From: the human T2T-CHM13v2.0 reference genome, Homo sapiens
Assembly: GCF_009914755.1 (NCBI RefSeq)
Contig: NC_060926.1
Length of the DNA: 64,000 nucleotides
Direction: 5' to 3' (one strand)
Under the pieces are notes generated by a model. It was not told the origin of the DNA. It saw only the letters and a list, made by a program, of their open reading frames with translations, and made no database searches. This document shows positions 10,950 through 24,290 of this stretch, one piece after another; positions within the stretch are counted from its first letter, which is position 1; every line of letters starts with the position of its first letter. A program made the translations under genes and the position numbers.

Positions 10950-11058
10950 TATTGGCTATAATAGCAAAATATGAATTATTGGCTATAATAGCAAAATATG
11001 AATTATTGGCTATAATACCAAAATATGATTATTGGCTATAATACCAAAACATGAATTA
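10950..11058. repeat. Minisatellite, 4 x 27 bp (tattggctataatagcaaaatatgaat)
   Basis: Four near-identical consecutive units read directly. Confidence 0.95.
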
Positions 11059-11718
11059 AGGTTTTCATTTTCCCTAAAATTTTTGAAAATTATTTCCTTA
11101 ATCTCTAATTTATTTGTTAATGGACTAGACTAGGAGGTGTTGAGCAAATGCCAGTTGTTCTGTTCAGAAAATGCTATTTGTTGTGTATTCTTTAAATACT
11201 TGGCATGGGCTTATAATTTGGTGACTGATTTGCTTTTTTAGCAATAACAGCAGTAACTCATTAAGGCAGTTATGCATAATGTTACTACATTTTAATATTA
11301 TTATTAAGATAACCAACTTAGTACTTGAATACCAAGGAATGGTAATGCCCATTTTATTACCTATGAATAGAAGGGGTGGGTGAAAAAAATAAATCAGCAA
11401 TTAACATCAGAAAACATCATGGGACTTTCATTTATTATTTACTTACAAATTGCATTGAAATCTTCTTTAAGAACCTTGTGAGGTTAGTTCTGTAAATTGC
11501 ACATTGGCATACCAGCCGGTAAGGAAGAACTTACTTCCTTACTGGAGAAGTTGGAGAAATTTAATATTTTGCTTATAACCCTTAGTCATGTTATTTCAAA
11601 GATGTGATCCAAGGTTACAGTCATGTGGTAACCATATTATTTTTTAAGAGACCCTAAAATTAAGCAGAATGTTACTTCCCAATTACCCAACAATTATCTC
11701 AAATGAATGGTAGCAGGC

Positions 11719-11721
<3 letters not shown>

Positions 11722-11760
<39 letters not shown>
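11722..11760. repeat. (CA)n microsatellite, about 19 units
   Basis: Uninterrupted AC run. Confidence 0.98.
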
Positions 11761-11763
<3 letters not shown>

Positions 11764-12249
11764 GCAAACTCAAACTACCTTTGATGCCCCAAACCCAAGA
11801 TAAGCCCATTCAGCATGTTGAAGCTAAGCCCAAACCACTTCCTTATGAAATTGGAGCCTTCCTTAAGCTACCAAGACCAGTTCAGAACCACCACAATTTT
11901 GCTAAGACCAAACTAATGGTAAGTTTTGTGTTATATTTAAAGGTGCCAGTAGAATATATCACTGATAACTCACCATTATAACTAGAAATAAAATAACTAG
12001 TTTGATCATTTTAAATTGAAGGGCAGTAATTAAGTTGACACCAAGAATTGCGGTCTGTTTTCCAAGTAATAACTATAATCTTACAACTGGTATAATCTTA
12101 CAACTCGTATACCTACAATAGGTATAATCTTGCAGCTGACTGAAAACTTAGCACTAGGAAATGTTCTTTCAAAATGGACTCAAAAGCTTAATGTCTTGAA
12201 ATGGTTTGAATTTACAACTGAAAGTACACAGAAAGATATCTTTTGGTAA

Positions 12250-15200
12250 ATGTTAGTATTGAAACATAGATACACTAAAGAGCACTGTATATACAATAAA
12301 GAACACAGCTCAACAAATTTTTATAAATTTGAATGCACCCAGGTCACCACCATCTACATCAAGATAGAGAGCATTATTAGAATATTAGAATCCCAGAAGC
12401 CTCCTATCCTCTCTCAATCATCCTCAATCATTATTCCTCCAAAGGTAACCAATATTCTGACTTCTATCACCATAGTTTTAGCTTTGGTTGTTGTTGAAGT
12501 TTATATGAATGGAATCATACATTATCACATACTCTTGTGTCTAGTTTTTTGAAACCTTTTTTCAATTGATATATAATAGTTGTACAAATTTTGGAGGTAC
12601 ATGTGATTTTTGATACACATACATAATGTGTAATGATAAACTCAGAATAATTGGAATATCCACCACTTCATACATTTATATTTTCTTTGTCTTGAGAACC
12701 TTCTAATATTTCCTTTCTAGCTATTTTAAAATATGTAATAAGTAAACTATAATCTCCTGACTCTCCTATCGAATAATAGGATTTATTCTATCTATCTAAC
12801 TGTAGTTTTATACCCATTTATCAACTTCTCTTTGCCTCCTTCTACCCTTCCCAGCCTCTGTCTGGCTTTTTTGACCAATATCTTATCTATAAGATTTATC
12901 CATATTTTTACTTGTAGCCATGGTTTGATATTTTTTAGTGCTGTATAATATCCCATTATTAAATTTATCACAATTCATTTGTATTTTCTACTTCTGATGG
13001 ACATTTGGGTATTTCCAGTTTGAGAATCTTACAAATAATGCTAATATAAACATTTTTATGTATTCTGATGAATATATAAATTTCTGTTGTGTATATATCT
13101 AATATTAGAATTTCTGTATCATAAGGTATGTTTATGTTTAGCTTTGGTAGGTTTTCAAATAGTTTTTTTAAAGTAGTTGTACTAATTTACATCCTCCCTG
13201 CCCCTAGCAGTGTAGTAAAGTGTTGTTTATACCCTTACCAATAATTGTCCACTTTTTATTTTTTTTTAATTTCAGTCATTCCAGTGGGTAGGTAGCGCTA
13301 TGTCATTGTGGATGTAACATGCATTTTTCTGTTAATGATGTTGAATGTCTTTTCATATGCTAATTATCATTTGCATATATTCCTAAGTACCTATTCAAGT
13401 TTTCTTTTGTTCATGTTAATTGGGTCACTGTCATATTTCTTAATTTTTTAATTTAAGCTATTTGTTAGATATATGCATTTCAAATATATTCACTCTTCTA
13501 TGGCTTACGTTTTAACTCTATTGTATGTTTTAATGAACAGAAGTTCTTAATTTTTAATAAGGTACAATTTATCAATTTTTTCCTTTATGGTTAGTGCTTT
13601 TGTTTCCTTTTTAGAAATCTTTGCTCATCCCTAGATCATGGAGATCTTGTTCTATGTTAACCTTTAGAAGTTTTATTTTTTTCATTTTTCACACTTAGGC
13701 ATATTACCTTTAAGTATCCACATATAGTTAAGTACATGGAACCCATCTGACATTAATTTTTGTATATAGTACGAGGTAGGGGTCAAGGTTCATCTTTTTG
13801 TCATGTGGATATTGAACTAATCCAGTTCAATTTACTTTTTAAAATTCTTTCCTCAAAATGCATTTAATTTACACCCATGTTGAAAGTGACTATATATGCA
13901 GACATCTGTTCCTGGACTCACTAGTCTTTTCAATGAGCTACCTGTTCATCTTTGTGCCAACATCATACTGCTTTAATTATGGAGCTTTATGATAAGTGTT
14001 GATATTCAGTGGCATTAAGTGTCCTAACTTACATCTTCTTCAAGAGTGGCTTGATTATTCTAGATCCTTTGCTTTTTCATAAAAATTTTAGGATCTGTTT
14101 ATCAATTTTCATTTCAAGAAATGCTGATGGAATTTTAATTGGGCTTGCATTAAATCCATAAATCAATTTAGGGGAGATTATCTATTCTAGGAAGTGATAC
14201 ATCTCTTCTTTTATGTGGGTCCTCTTTCACTTACCTCAATATTTTGTAGTTTTCTGTTTTAGGTTTTCAATGTTTGATAGACTGATTTCTATGTATTTAT
14301 TGCTTTTGATGCCATTGGAAAGAGCATCATTTTTAATCAATTCATCTGCAGGCTTATTGCCTTATTTAGGAAAATAATGGAGTTTCTGTGTATTTACCTT
14401 GTATTCAGTGACTTTACTCATTCACTTGTCAAACCTGGTTGTTTGTAGATTCTTTTTGATTTTCTATGTACAAAATCCACATTATCTCCAAATAATTACT
14501 TTTTTAAAATTCATAATTTTTATGACTTTGGTTTTTTTGTTTATTCTATTGCACTAACCGTGTGTTCCTGTACAGCATTAAGTGGAAGTGGTGGTACTGA
14601 ACACTGTTGTGTTATTTCAGACTTTAGGGGAGAAGCCATTCACTATTTCCCCCATTAAGTAAGTAGCTGTAAGTTTTTTAAAGATGGTCATTAATAGTTT
14701 GATTTTTTAAAATTTCTAGTTCCTAAGAGATTTTAGCATGAATGAGTGTTGAATTTTTTCAAATGCTTTCTCTGCATCTACTGAGATAATCACATTGTTT
14801 TCTTATATTATTTTTACTTTGGTATCTTATGAAGATTAAAATTTTAATATTAAATCAATCACACATTCCTAGAATAGATTCAATTTGGTCATGATGTATT
14901 TGATGTGTGAATATTTTATTTAAGATTTTTGGGTCTATGTTTATATAAGAAATTGGCTTTTAGGTTTTGCTTTTTGTAATATCCTTGCTAGGTTTTAATT
15001 TCAAGATTACGCTGTCCTCATAAAATGAGTTCCCTCATTTTTTTATCCTTTGTCTTTTCTCCTTGGGCATAACATTTTAAGGAGTTTCAAATGAATCTGG
15101 AGTGTTTATGAAGGCCCCTCCTTGGCAAGTCTGAATTCTAGTTTTTCCTCAGTACTAATAGATTGCCAAAATACCTGCAGCTCAGTTTCTTAGCCTCTTA

Positions 15201-15670
15201 GCAACTGTAATCTGCTGGCTTTCTCTGTGTCTCCTTCTGTGCACCCACAGCTTAGAAGTCATCAAATGGCACAAGGGAAACTGCATACAAAATGCTGGGT
15301 TTAATTCTCTACAGCTTTCTTTTCTCAGCACAGGGTGATTTCAAGTCCTATTCGTCTTAGTAGCTCTAAATTCCAATTTTTATACCCCTTTCCCAGTGAA
15401 GCTGCCAGAGCTCTAGGATGCTGCTTTCCTTCCAGCCTGTGTCCCATGTTCTCAGGAGTAAAAGCAGTAGTAAATGTAGGACTCACCTTAATATTCTTTT
15501 ATTCACTACAAGATCCCAGCCCTTCAAATCCTGGCTTTCTAGATTACTCTCCAATGACTTAAGATGGTTGTTTTAGTTTGTTTTGCTTTGCATTTTATCC
15601 AGCCTTTATAGTTAATATAGCAGAAACACACTAGGCTGATAAGAGCTACTCCATCATAGCTAGAGTCAGA
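12250..15670 (-). mobile_element. Ancient L1 (L1ME/L1MC-type): 3' UTR and ORF2 end, plus a 5' remnant at ~15050-15670
   Basis: Antisense L1 hallmarks gatggacatttgggt, ctttaattatggagctttatgataag, aaatgctttctctgcatctactgagataatcac. Confidence 0.85.
12556..12860 (-). mobile_element. L1MA-type 3' end nested in the older L1
   Basis: attgatatataatagttgtacaaattttggaggtacatgtgat...cccttcccagcctctg; flanked by degenerate TSD tgtctagtttttt / tgtctggcttttt. Confidence 0.8.
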
Positions 15671-16844
15671 ACCCCTTAATAGAGCTCTGCAATAGATGCT
15701 CATGAGGCATCACCACTCACTCTATCATTTCACATCTGGAACAGGCTGTTCTTTTGCTGAGGTTAGGAGTTTGTGCCCAGTTAGGGGCAGGATGAAAGAC
15801 TTTGTCTCACTCTCCGGAGCCCTGTAATTGTTCACTGAATGGGAGTCATCTTCATGGTCCATTGGTGTTGCCTCCAGACAGCAGATTTTTTTAATAGTGA
15901 TATTTATGGGGCTATTTATTGGGGCATAATTTTATCCAAACTGGATTTCTCAATTCTGCCCAATTGACACTAAAACAGGAGATACTATATGGCATAATAA
16001 GTTTGCTTATTTGTTTTTCTGTTCAAACAGCTACCATTTTCTCCTATATAGAGGAAAGATAAATATTACCTCATAAATCAGAAATATGAATCTACCACCT
16101 GAGCAATAATAACATATATACCTGTGATTGATTCATTACCTGCAACTTCAGCAGCCACAATATTTCAAAAGATGTTTATAGCATAAATTTCTTCCACATG
16201 GGCCCCAACCCATGTCCTATTAATGCTAACCATATACAGTCAGAAATTCATAACAAAGTCAAGAGGAATCCTCTGAACAATCTATTTCCTGATTTTTTTC
16301 TGGAAGACTCCTACAAAACAGTAGCTTATATTGAATTTTAAAAGGGATAAATACCTATCAATTGAAATGTTATTCTGTCACTATGTATCTAAGAGTGGCA
16401 TGGAGACAAATTTGCCTAATCTATAATAAAAATATTTTTTAATTTAAAAAATTTCTCTGAGTTTCTAGTTTTCTAAATCCTATGACAGAAAAACATTAAC
16501 AGTGCATATTGGTAACTGGAAAGTTTATTGGCATTAATTTCTGAATAGCCATGAAAAGTGATAAAAATGAGGGGTGGAAAGAATTGGGGGGAAATCTGAT
16601 TGTTGTTTACAAAGACGAATGGTCCCTGGTTCTAGGCCATTTTCATCTTATTGCTAAACCTATCTCCTTGGAGCCTCTCTTTTCTCTTTACATCTTCGAT
16701 ATGGCAGGGCTTATTGTTCGCACTTTGTAACACTAAAGTCTACTGATGCGAATTGCTTTGCTAGAGTGGTTCACTTATGCAGATCTAGCCTTAAATGGCT
16801 CAGATTATGTGTGAATCAGCCCCAACAGAGAGATATCGTCCTTC

Positions 16845-17293
16845 TGTTGGGGTTCAGGACATCTATCCCGAAATATGGCAGCTTGGAAATTGAGAAAACA
16901 ACAGAGGCAGAAAGGTCACTCTGATCTTCTCTCTTAGAGACCCTCATGTGTCAAGTGCTCTGCCCTACACCCAGAGGAAAGGAATGAAGACACCAAAATG
17001 CCAAAAAGAATCTGAATAACTCGGCCTTGCTAAGTTCTCCCAGTTTATTACTATTAGAGCACACCCCCTTTTGTCCAATCATACTTCTACATGACTGTCC
17101 ACTCTTCATCAAATCTGCATAAAAACACAGTTTTCCCCATGCCTTTGGGACTACATTTCTGAAGGCTCCTATCTCATGTAAAATTTTGGTTAAATAAGTT
17201 TGTCATGTTTTTCTCTTGTTAATCTGTCTTTTGTTATAGGGGTGTCAGCCATGAGCCTTGCAATGGGTAAGGAAAACATTATTTTTCCCCTGC
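16845..17293 (+). mobile_element. ERV1-class solo LTR (MER34/MER39 group)
   Basis: tgttggggttcaggacat...aaatatggca...gaatctgaataac...ttttcccctgca; homologous to 23503-24027. Confidence 0.75.
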
Positions 17294-17963
17294 ATTTCAC
17301 ATATACCAACAGTGAACAGCAACGTCTGGGACCACCCTCATCTTCAGTTCCTTATTGAAGACATGACCAAAATATCACCAGCCTTCAGAGTAGGTGACAA
17401 AATGAAAACATGTAGTCACACTTCTGCTTTAAGACAGGGGATGAATTAATGACAAACTGAAATGATCTTTCTTTCTAAACGCCTCTAATTAGTTAATGCC
17501 ACATTAACTTATAAGATAATTGTTATGTCACCTATTTATGGACTGTGCTACAGTATGAGAAAAACCAAGTATTTTCTTAACGAACTTCTGAGACACTGGG
17601 CAATAGGAGAAAACAATTCACAAAGAGGAGAAAGTAGTTTCTCCAAAACCTTAAATGTCAATCAACAAATGTATACTAAAAGTCGTAGGGGATACAAAGA
17701 CTTTAATTCCTGTTTTTAGGGAATCTGGGGACTAATTAGGAAACAAAATGGTGGCTGTAGAATAACGATAATAAATAACACACTTCATAAGAGCTGGGGG
17801 CTTTCTCCCAAGTCTGACAGCACTCATTGGCAATGCATAATTTTTAATTTGAATTTCTCTCTACCCAAATATATTATAGGCTTCTTGAGGACAGAAACTA
17901 TGTTTTCTTCATAAAACCTGAAACAATACTCTATAAATATTTGTTGATTGGAAAGGTTTTTCC

Positions 17964-18284
<321 letters not shown>

Positions 18285-18398
18285 TAGTCAGGGCAACTCC
18301 ATGCAAATTCCCTTTCAGAGCAAATTCATTGTTTCAAGTGTGTGTGCACACACACTAAGCAGTATTTCTGACCCCTTGGAGTGTAGCAGAATGTAATA

Positions 18399-21293
18399 CA
18401 GGCATACCTCAGATACACTGCAGGTTCACTTTCAAACCATCACAATAAAGTGAGTATCACTATAAATCAAGTCACACAAATTTTTGGTTTCACAGTGTGT
18501 ATAAAAGTTATACTTAAACTATACCGTAGTCTATTAAGTGTACAATACCACTATGTATTAAAAAACAATGTGCATGCCTTAACTTAAAAATGCTTTATTG
18601 CTAAAAATACTAACAACTATCTGAGCCTCACAAGTCGTAATTTTTTTTTGCTGGTGGAGGGTCCTGCCTTGATGTTGATGGTTGCTGATCGATCAGGGTG
18701 ACGGTTGCTGAAAATTAAGGTGGCTGTGGCAATTACTTAAAATTAGACAATAATAAAGTTTGCCACATTGATTGACTCTTCCTTTCATGAAAGATTTCTC
18801 TGTAACATGTAATGCTGTTTGATAGCATTTTACCCACAGTAAAACTTCTTTCAAAACTGGAGCTGATCCTCAAAGCCCTGCCACTGCTTTATCAACTGTC
18901 TATAATATTCTAAATTTTTTGTTGTCATTTCAACAATGTTCACCACATCTTCACCAGGCATATATTCCATCTTAAGAAACCACTTTGTTTGCTCATTCAT
19001 TAGAAGTAACTCCTCATCTGTTAAAGTTTCATCATGACGTTGCAGCAATCCAGTCACATCTTCGGGCTCCACTTCTAATTCCAGTTATCTTGCTTTTTCC
19101 ACCACATCTACAGTTACTTTCTCCATTGAAACCCCTCAAAGTCGTCCATGAAGCTTGGAATTAACTTCTTCCAAACTCCTGTTAATGTTGATATTTTGGC
19201 CACCTCCTGTGAATGAAGTGCTGATGAATCCTTTCCAGAAGATATTCAATTGATTTTGCTCAGATCCAGCAGAGGAATCACTATCTACAGCAGCTATTGC
19301 TTTACAAAATATGTTTCTTAAATATGAAAATTTGAAAGTCGAAATTCTTCCTTGATCTATGGGCTGCATAATAGATGTTGTGTTAGCAGGCATGAAAACA
19401 ACATTCATCTTGTTGCACATTTCCACTGGATCTCTTGGGTAACCAGCTGCATTGGCAATAAGCAGTAATATTTTGAAAGGAATCTTCTTTTGTGAGCAGC
19501 AGGTCTCAACAGTGGGCTTGAAATATTTAGTAAACCACGTTGTAAACAAATGTGCTATCATGTAGTCTTTGTTATTCCATTTAGAGAGCACAGGCAGAAT
19601 GGAAAGCGAACAATGGCTTCAACTTGAAGTCACCAGCTGCATTAGTTCCTAACAAGAGAGTCAGCCTGTCCTGTGAAGCTTTGAAGCCAGGCACTGAGTT
19701 CTACTCTCTAGGTATAAAAGTTCTAAATGGCATCTTCATCCACTGTAAGGCTGTTTTGTCTACACTGATACACTGTTGTTTAGTGTAGTCACCATCAGCA
19801 ATGATCTTAGCTAGATCTCCTGGATAACTTGCTGGAGCTTCTCCATCAACACTTGCTGCCTAACCTTGCACTTTTATGTTATAGAGATGGCTTCTTTTCT
19901 TCAACCTATAAGCCAACCTCCACTAGCTTCAAATTTCTCTTCTGCAACTTCCTCATCTCTTTCCGCTTTTGTAGAAATGAAGAAAGTTAGGAACTTACTC
20001 TGGATTAGGCCTTGGCCTAAGGGAACATTGGGGCTGGTTTGATCTTCTATCCAGACCACTAAAGTTTTCTCCATATCAGCAATAAGGCTTCTTTTGCTTT
20101 CTTACCATTCACGTGCTTATTAGTCATTAAAACTGGAGTAGCAGTTTTAATTTCCTTCAAGAACTTTTCCTTTGCAATCACAACTTGGCTAACTTTTTGG
20201 CACAAGAGACCTAACCTTTAGCCTATCTCGGCTTTCAACACACCTTTCTCACTAAGCTTAATTATTTCTTGCTTTAAAGTGAGAGATGGGTGACTCATTT
20301 TTTCACTTGAACACTTCGAGGCCATTATAGGGTTATTAATTGGCCTAAAGTCAATATCTCTGTGTCTCAGGGAAGAGGGAGGCCCAGGGAGAGGAAGAGA
20401 GATGAGGGAACAGCCAGTCAGTGCAGTAGTTAGAAGACACATAACATTTATCAATTAAGTTTGCTGTCTTATATGGGTTCAGTTTGTGATACCCCAAAAC
20501 AGTTACAATACTATTATAGGAAAGGGGTCCCAACCCAGACCCCAAGAGGATCTTGGATATCGTGCAAAAAAGAATTTAGGGCGAGTCCATAAAGTGAAAG
20601 CAAGTTTATTAAGAAAGTAGAGGAGTAAAAGAATGGCTACTCCATAGACAGAGCAGCCCCAAGGGCTGCTGGTGGCCCATTTTTATGGTTATTTCTTCAT
20701 GATGTGCTAAACAAGGGGTGGATTGTTCATGCCTCCCTTTTTTAGACCATAAAGGGTAACTTCCTGATGTTGCCATGGCATCTGCAAACTTTTATGGCAC
20801 TGGTGGCAGTGTAGCAGTGAGGACGACCAGAGGTCACTCTCGTTGCCATCTTGGTTTTGGTGGGATTTGGCAGGCTTCTTTACTGCAAACTGTTTTATCA
20901 GCAAGGTCTTTATGACCTGTATCTTGTGCTGACCTCCTATCTTATCCTGTGATTTAGAATGCCTTAACTGTCTGGGAATGCAGCCCAGTAAGTCTCAGCC
21001 TCATTTTACCCAGCTCCTATTCAAGATAGAATTGCTCTGGTTCATACACCTCTGACAATACTAACATCAGAGATCACTGACCTCAGGTCACCATAACTGA
21101 CATAATGAAAAAGTTTGAAAAACTGCAGGAATTCCCAAAATGTGCCACAGAGACACAAACTGAACACCAAGCTATTGGAAGAATGGTGCCAACAGACTTC
21201 TTGATGCAGGATTGCCAGAAACCTTTAATTTGTAAAAAATGCAGTACCTGCAAAGCACAATAAAGCAAAGTGCAATAAAACAAGTTGTGCCTG
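18399..21293 (-). mobile_element. Near full-length Tigger1 (pogo family) DNA transposon, transposase disrupted
   Basis: Termini ta|caggcatacctc and caagttgtgcctg; minus-strand ORFs [30 protein letters not shown] and MASKCSSEKMSHPSLTLKQ. Confidence 0.95.
20512..21057 (-). mobile_element. MER41A solo LTR nested in Tigger1
   Basis: Minus strand begins tgtcagaggtgtatgaaccagagcaattctatcttgaatagg; 4-bp TSD atac at 20508-20511 and 21058-21061. Confidence 0.9.
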
Positions 21294-21427
21294 TTCTGTT
21301 TTTGTGGGAGTCCTATTAACATCGGGAAGGATACAACTGCCATTCAACCCACATATTTCTTCCAAAAAGATTCTTCTCTAAATGATTCAGAAATTATCTG
21401 TGAATTATTAATAAAAAGTTATTAAAG

Positions 21428-21485
21428 TTATGTGGATTTAGTTAGTGTAGTGCTAACTAGTGCAGTACTAACTAAATCCACATAA
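21428..21485. repeat. Perfect 19-bp inverted repeat with a 20-nt spacer
   Basis: ttatgtggatttagttagt (21428-21446) / actaactaaatccacataa (21467-21485). Confidence 0.95.
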
Positions 21486-22182
21486 GCACTTGAATTTATA
21501 CTTTTGGAGTTGACAGTCAACTACCCTCAAGCTTCCCAACCTGACTTGTATAATGAGGGTAGATATTCCTTTTAACTTCAGCATATGTGTAATTTTCCAA
21601 GGCAAGACATATGCAAAAAAAATCGTATATGTAAAAGAAGATAATAGTTGCTACATTCAGTGGGAAGTTCCCAACAGTGCTCAAGAAAGAGTATCCTTTA
21701 TGTAGATAACCGAAGTGTTTTAAAATACATTTTGCTATACTTTTCATTTTCAAATCACCTGAGGCTTAAGAGGTTATGTGTTTTATTTTGTTTTCCTTTT
21801 ATGATGTAATTCTCTCTTGGGGAAATGCTTTTATTGTGTAATCAAGACTAAGATAAAACTGTTAGGGCCAGAGTAAATAGCAACTTTCCTTATGGATCGT
21901 TTGAATTGGTTGACTTTCAGAAGCATTCCACTCTGCTATGGAAGACTGGTTTTTCTAAACTTTAGATAATTCTAAGACAATGCCTGCCATATAAAAGTGG
22001 CTCAATTAATATCAATTGAGATTAGCTACTTCTGCAATTATCAATAATTAAAATATATTAATAAAAAAGCAGGAACACAGAGAAGAGTTATTAGAAAAAA
22101 ACAGAAATCTCTTATTGAGAGAAGCAAAATATATAACAATAATGAATACAAGAAAGGTTCATTATTCTCATGACTTTGGTTG

Positions 22183-22659
22183 TGTCAAATAAAATTGATG
22201 AGAGGCCATTGATTTGGACTTAGCTCCTAAGTCCGCAACAGACCAACCCAAAATGGTAGCACCAAACTGAAATCTAAGTTGTTCTTACTTGTAAGATCTG
22301 AGTTTCTGAGAAATCAGGAGCAAGATGATAGTCAAATCCCCAAGGAGTTTTCTAAAAAAAACAAATAGGAGATTCACAGCAACCAATCAAAAAGGCCCCT
22401 GCCTACCTAAACTGGCATGGTAAGAAAGTCTCCCCACAAGAAAAGTAACCTGAAATAACCTAACATTAACCAATCTGCTTTCTGCACTACGCTATCTCCT
22501 TTTCCCTGCTCAAGCTGTCTTAACAAAAACTGGCTGTTCAGTCACTCCTGACAGAGCTTCTGTCTATTTAGTATACTGGATGCTGCCTGGTTCATGAATC
22601 CCTAATAGAAGTCAATTAGATCTTTAAAACTCAATTTGTTGAAACTTTGTTCTTTGACA
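22183..22659 (+). mobile_element. ERV1-class solo LTR (MER67-like)
   Basis: tgtcaaat...gaggccattgatttggacttagctcc...caattagatctttaaaactcaatttgttgaaactttgttctttgaca; TG...CA ends. Confidence 0.65.
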
Positions 22660-23502
22660 GTTCCCAGCACACATATTAGATACATCATACTAGTTCTGTG
22701 AAACTAAAACCCTGATTAAAAGCTAAGATCTTTTGTCAGTAAGAAAATATTTGCATGTAAGGATCTTGTATGAATTGCTTGAAGTAGCATCATCAAAGAC
22801 TATTCCTATATCTGTTACAAGCATATTTAGATATGTGCATGGATTCTGCACATGCATATATTAGTAGATAAATGGTAATAAGCACATTTTAAAAAATATT
22901 CAGAGGAGCTGAGATTTTGTGACTGGGAAAAAAACATTTCACATTCTACTTGTTAAATAAGATAGGAAAAGGATTAAAGAAATGATGCAAGAAAAAGCTT
23001 TGAAAAATACGGCACATTTGAAAACAATATTTCAAAATAAAGCATTTTATCTTCTTTTTACTGTAATGGGAGAGGCTTTGGTTTGCTTTCCCTAGGGGAA
23101 TTTCAATTATAGTAAACCACCATTAGACTCTAATGCTCAAAACTGAGGTGATATATGGCATACTAGGTGTAAAAGTCAGAGGCCTTCACATCTGTTTTAT
23201 TGCCCCTAATTCTTGCTGAAGGGCTTCCAGTAAAGATGTCCAAATGACAGGTCTTGATCTTCTCATGAAGACCAGGAGCTACTCAAAGTAAACACTTAAC
23301 TCATAAAACTGTAGCATTTCCAGATTGGAAGTTTCACAAGCAGCAAACCCAGTGGTTTTTCCAAGTAGAAATTTCCTGAATAACAGGCCTCTATTTAATT
23401 GCTGCTAGTGACAAGAGGCTCACTACTTGGGTGCAGGGTGTTCATCACTAAGTCACTCCAGCTGAGCTAGAGCCTGCATTTTATATTTCTACTCATTGTT
23501 TT

Positions 23503-24027
23503 TGTTGGGGGGTATATGACACACTACCCCAAAATATGGCACCTTGGCATTTGATAAAACAGCAGAAGCAAAAACGTTCCTCTGACCTTCTCCCGCCCTT
23601 TTCCCTTGAGGCAGGTCATAAAAAAATTCTCTGACCTTCCTCTGAAGTAGGTCATAAAACCTTCATTCCAGAGGTGCTCAACCTATACCTGGAAGAAAAG
23701 AAATGTCCTTATCCTCAGAGACACAGAGATACCAAGAAGAATCTGAACAAACAGTCCTTACAAAGTTCCCCCACAACTTGTTACCATTAGCACCAGACTA
23801 TTTTATCCTCCAATCATATTTACCCATGACTGCCCATTCTTCATCAAACTTAAACATAAAAATACACAAGTTTACCTATTTATTTGGGTCTTTATTTCCA
23901 AAGGCTTCCATGTCATGGAAAACTTACATTAAATAAATTGTATGATTTTCTCTTATGAATTCTCTTTTGTGATGGGGACCTCAGCCGTGAACCTGAGATG
24001 GAAAAAAAAAAATTTCCTTTCCCTACA
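23503..24027 (+). mobile_element. ERV1-class solo LTR (MER34/MER39 group)
   Basis: tgttggggg...ctaccccaaaatatggcaccttggcatttg...tttccctaca. Confidence 0.75.
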
Positions 24028-24114
24028 CTCCTACTTTTTCCATTTGAAAACATAGATAATAAACTGAATCATCTGACTGAATTAAATCCTTCAAGTGTTA
24101 GAAGAAAGCCTCCT

Positions 24115-24290
24115 ATCCCCACTGTGCCATTTACTTCACTTTATTGTAATTGTTGTATCTTTACCACTAGATATTAAGCTATTTGGGCAGAAGTGTATCA
24201 GTTTTATTCATACTAGCATCTCTCAGCACAGTACTATCACACTATTATGATAGTAAGTACTCATAATATTTCTTAGATGCATAAATAAAT
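24115..24290 (+). mobile_element. L2 3' end fragment
   Basis: ccactagatattaagct...tagtaagtactcataatatttcttagatgcataaataaat. Confidence 0.55.

Noticed and set aside
10950-11058. CRISPR-like array (also 53560-53660)
   Set aside because: Head-to-tail repeats with no unique spacers, in primate DNA
18301-18335. Octamer ATGCAAAT near a SOX-like CATTGTT
   Set aside because: Order and spacing do not match the OCT4-SOX2 composite element
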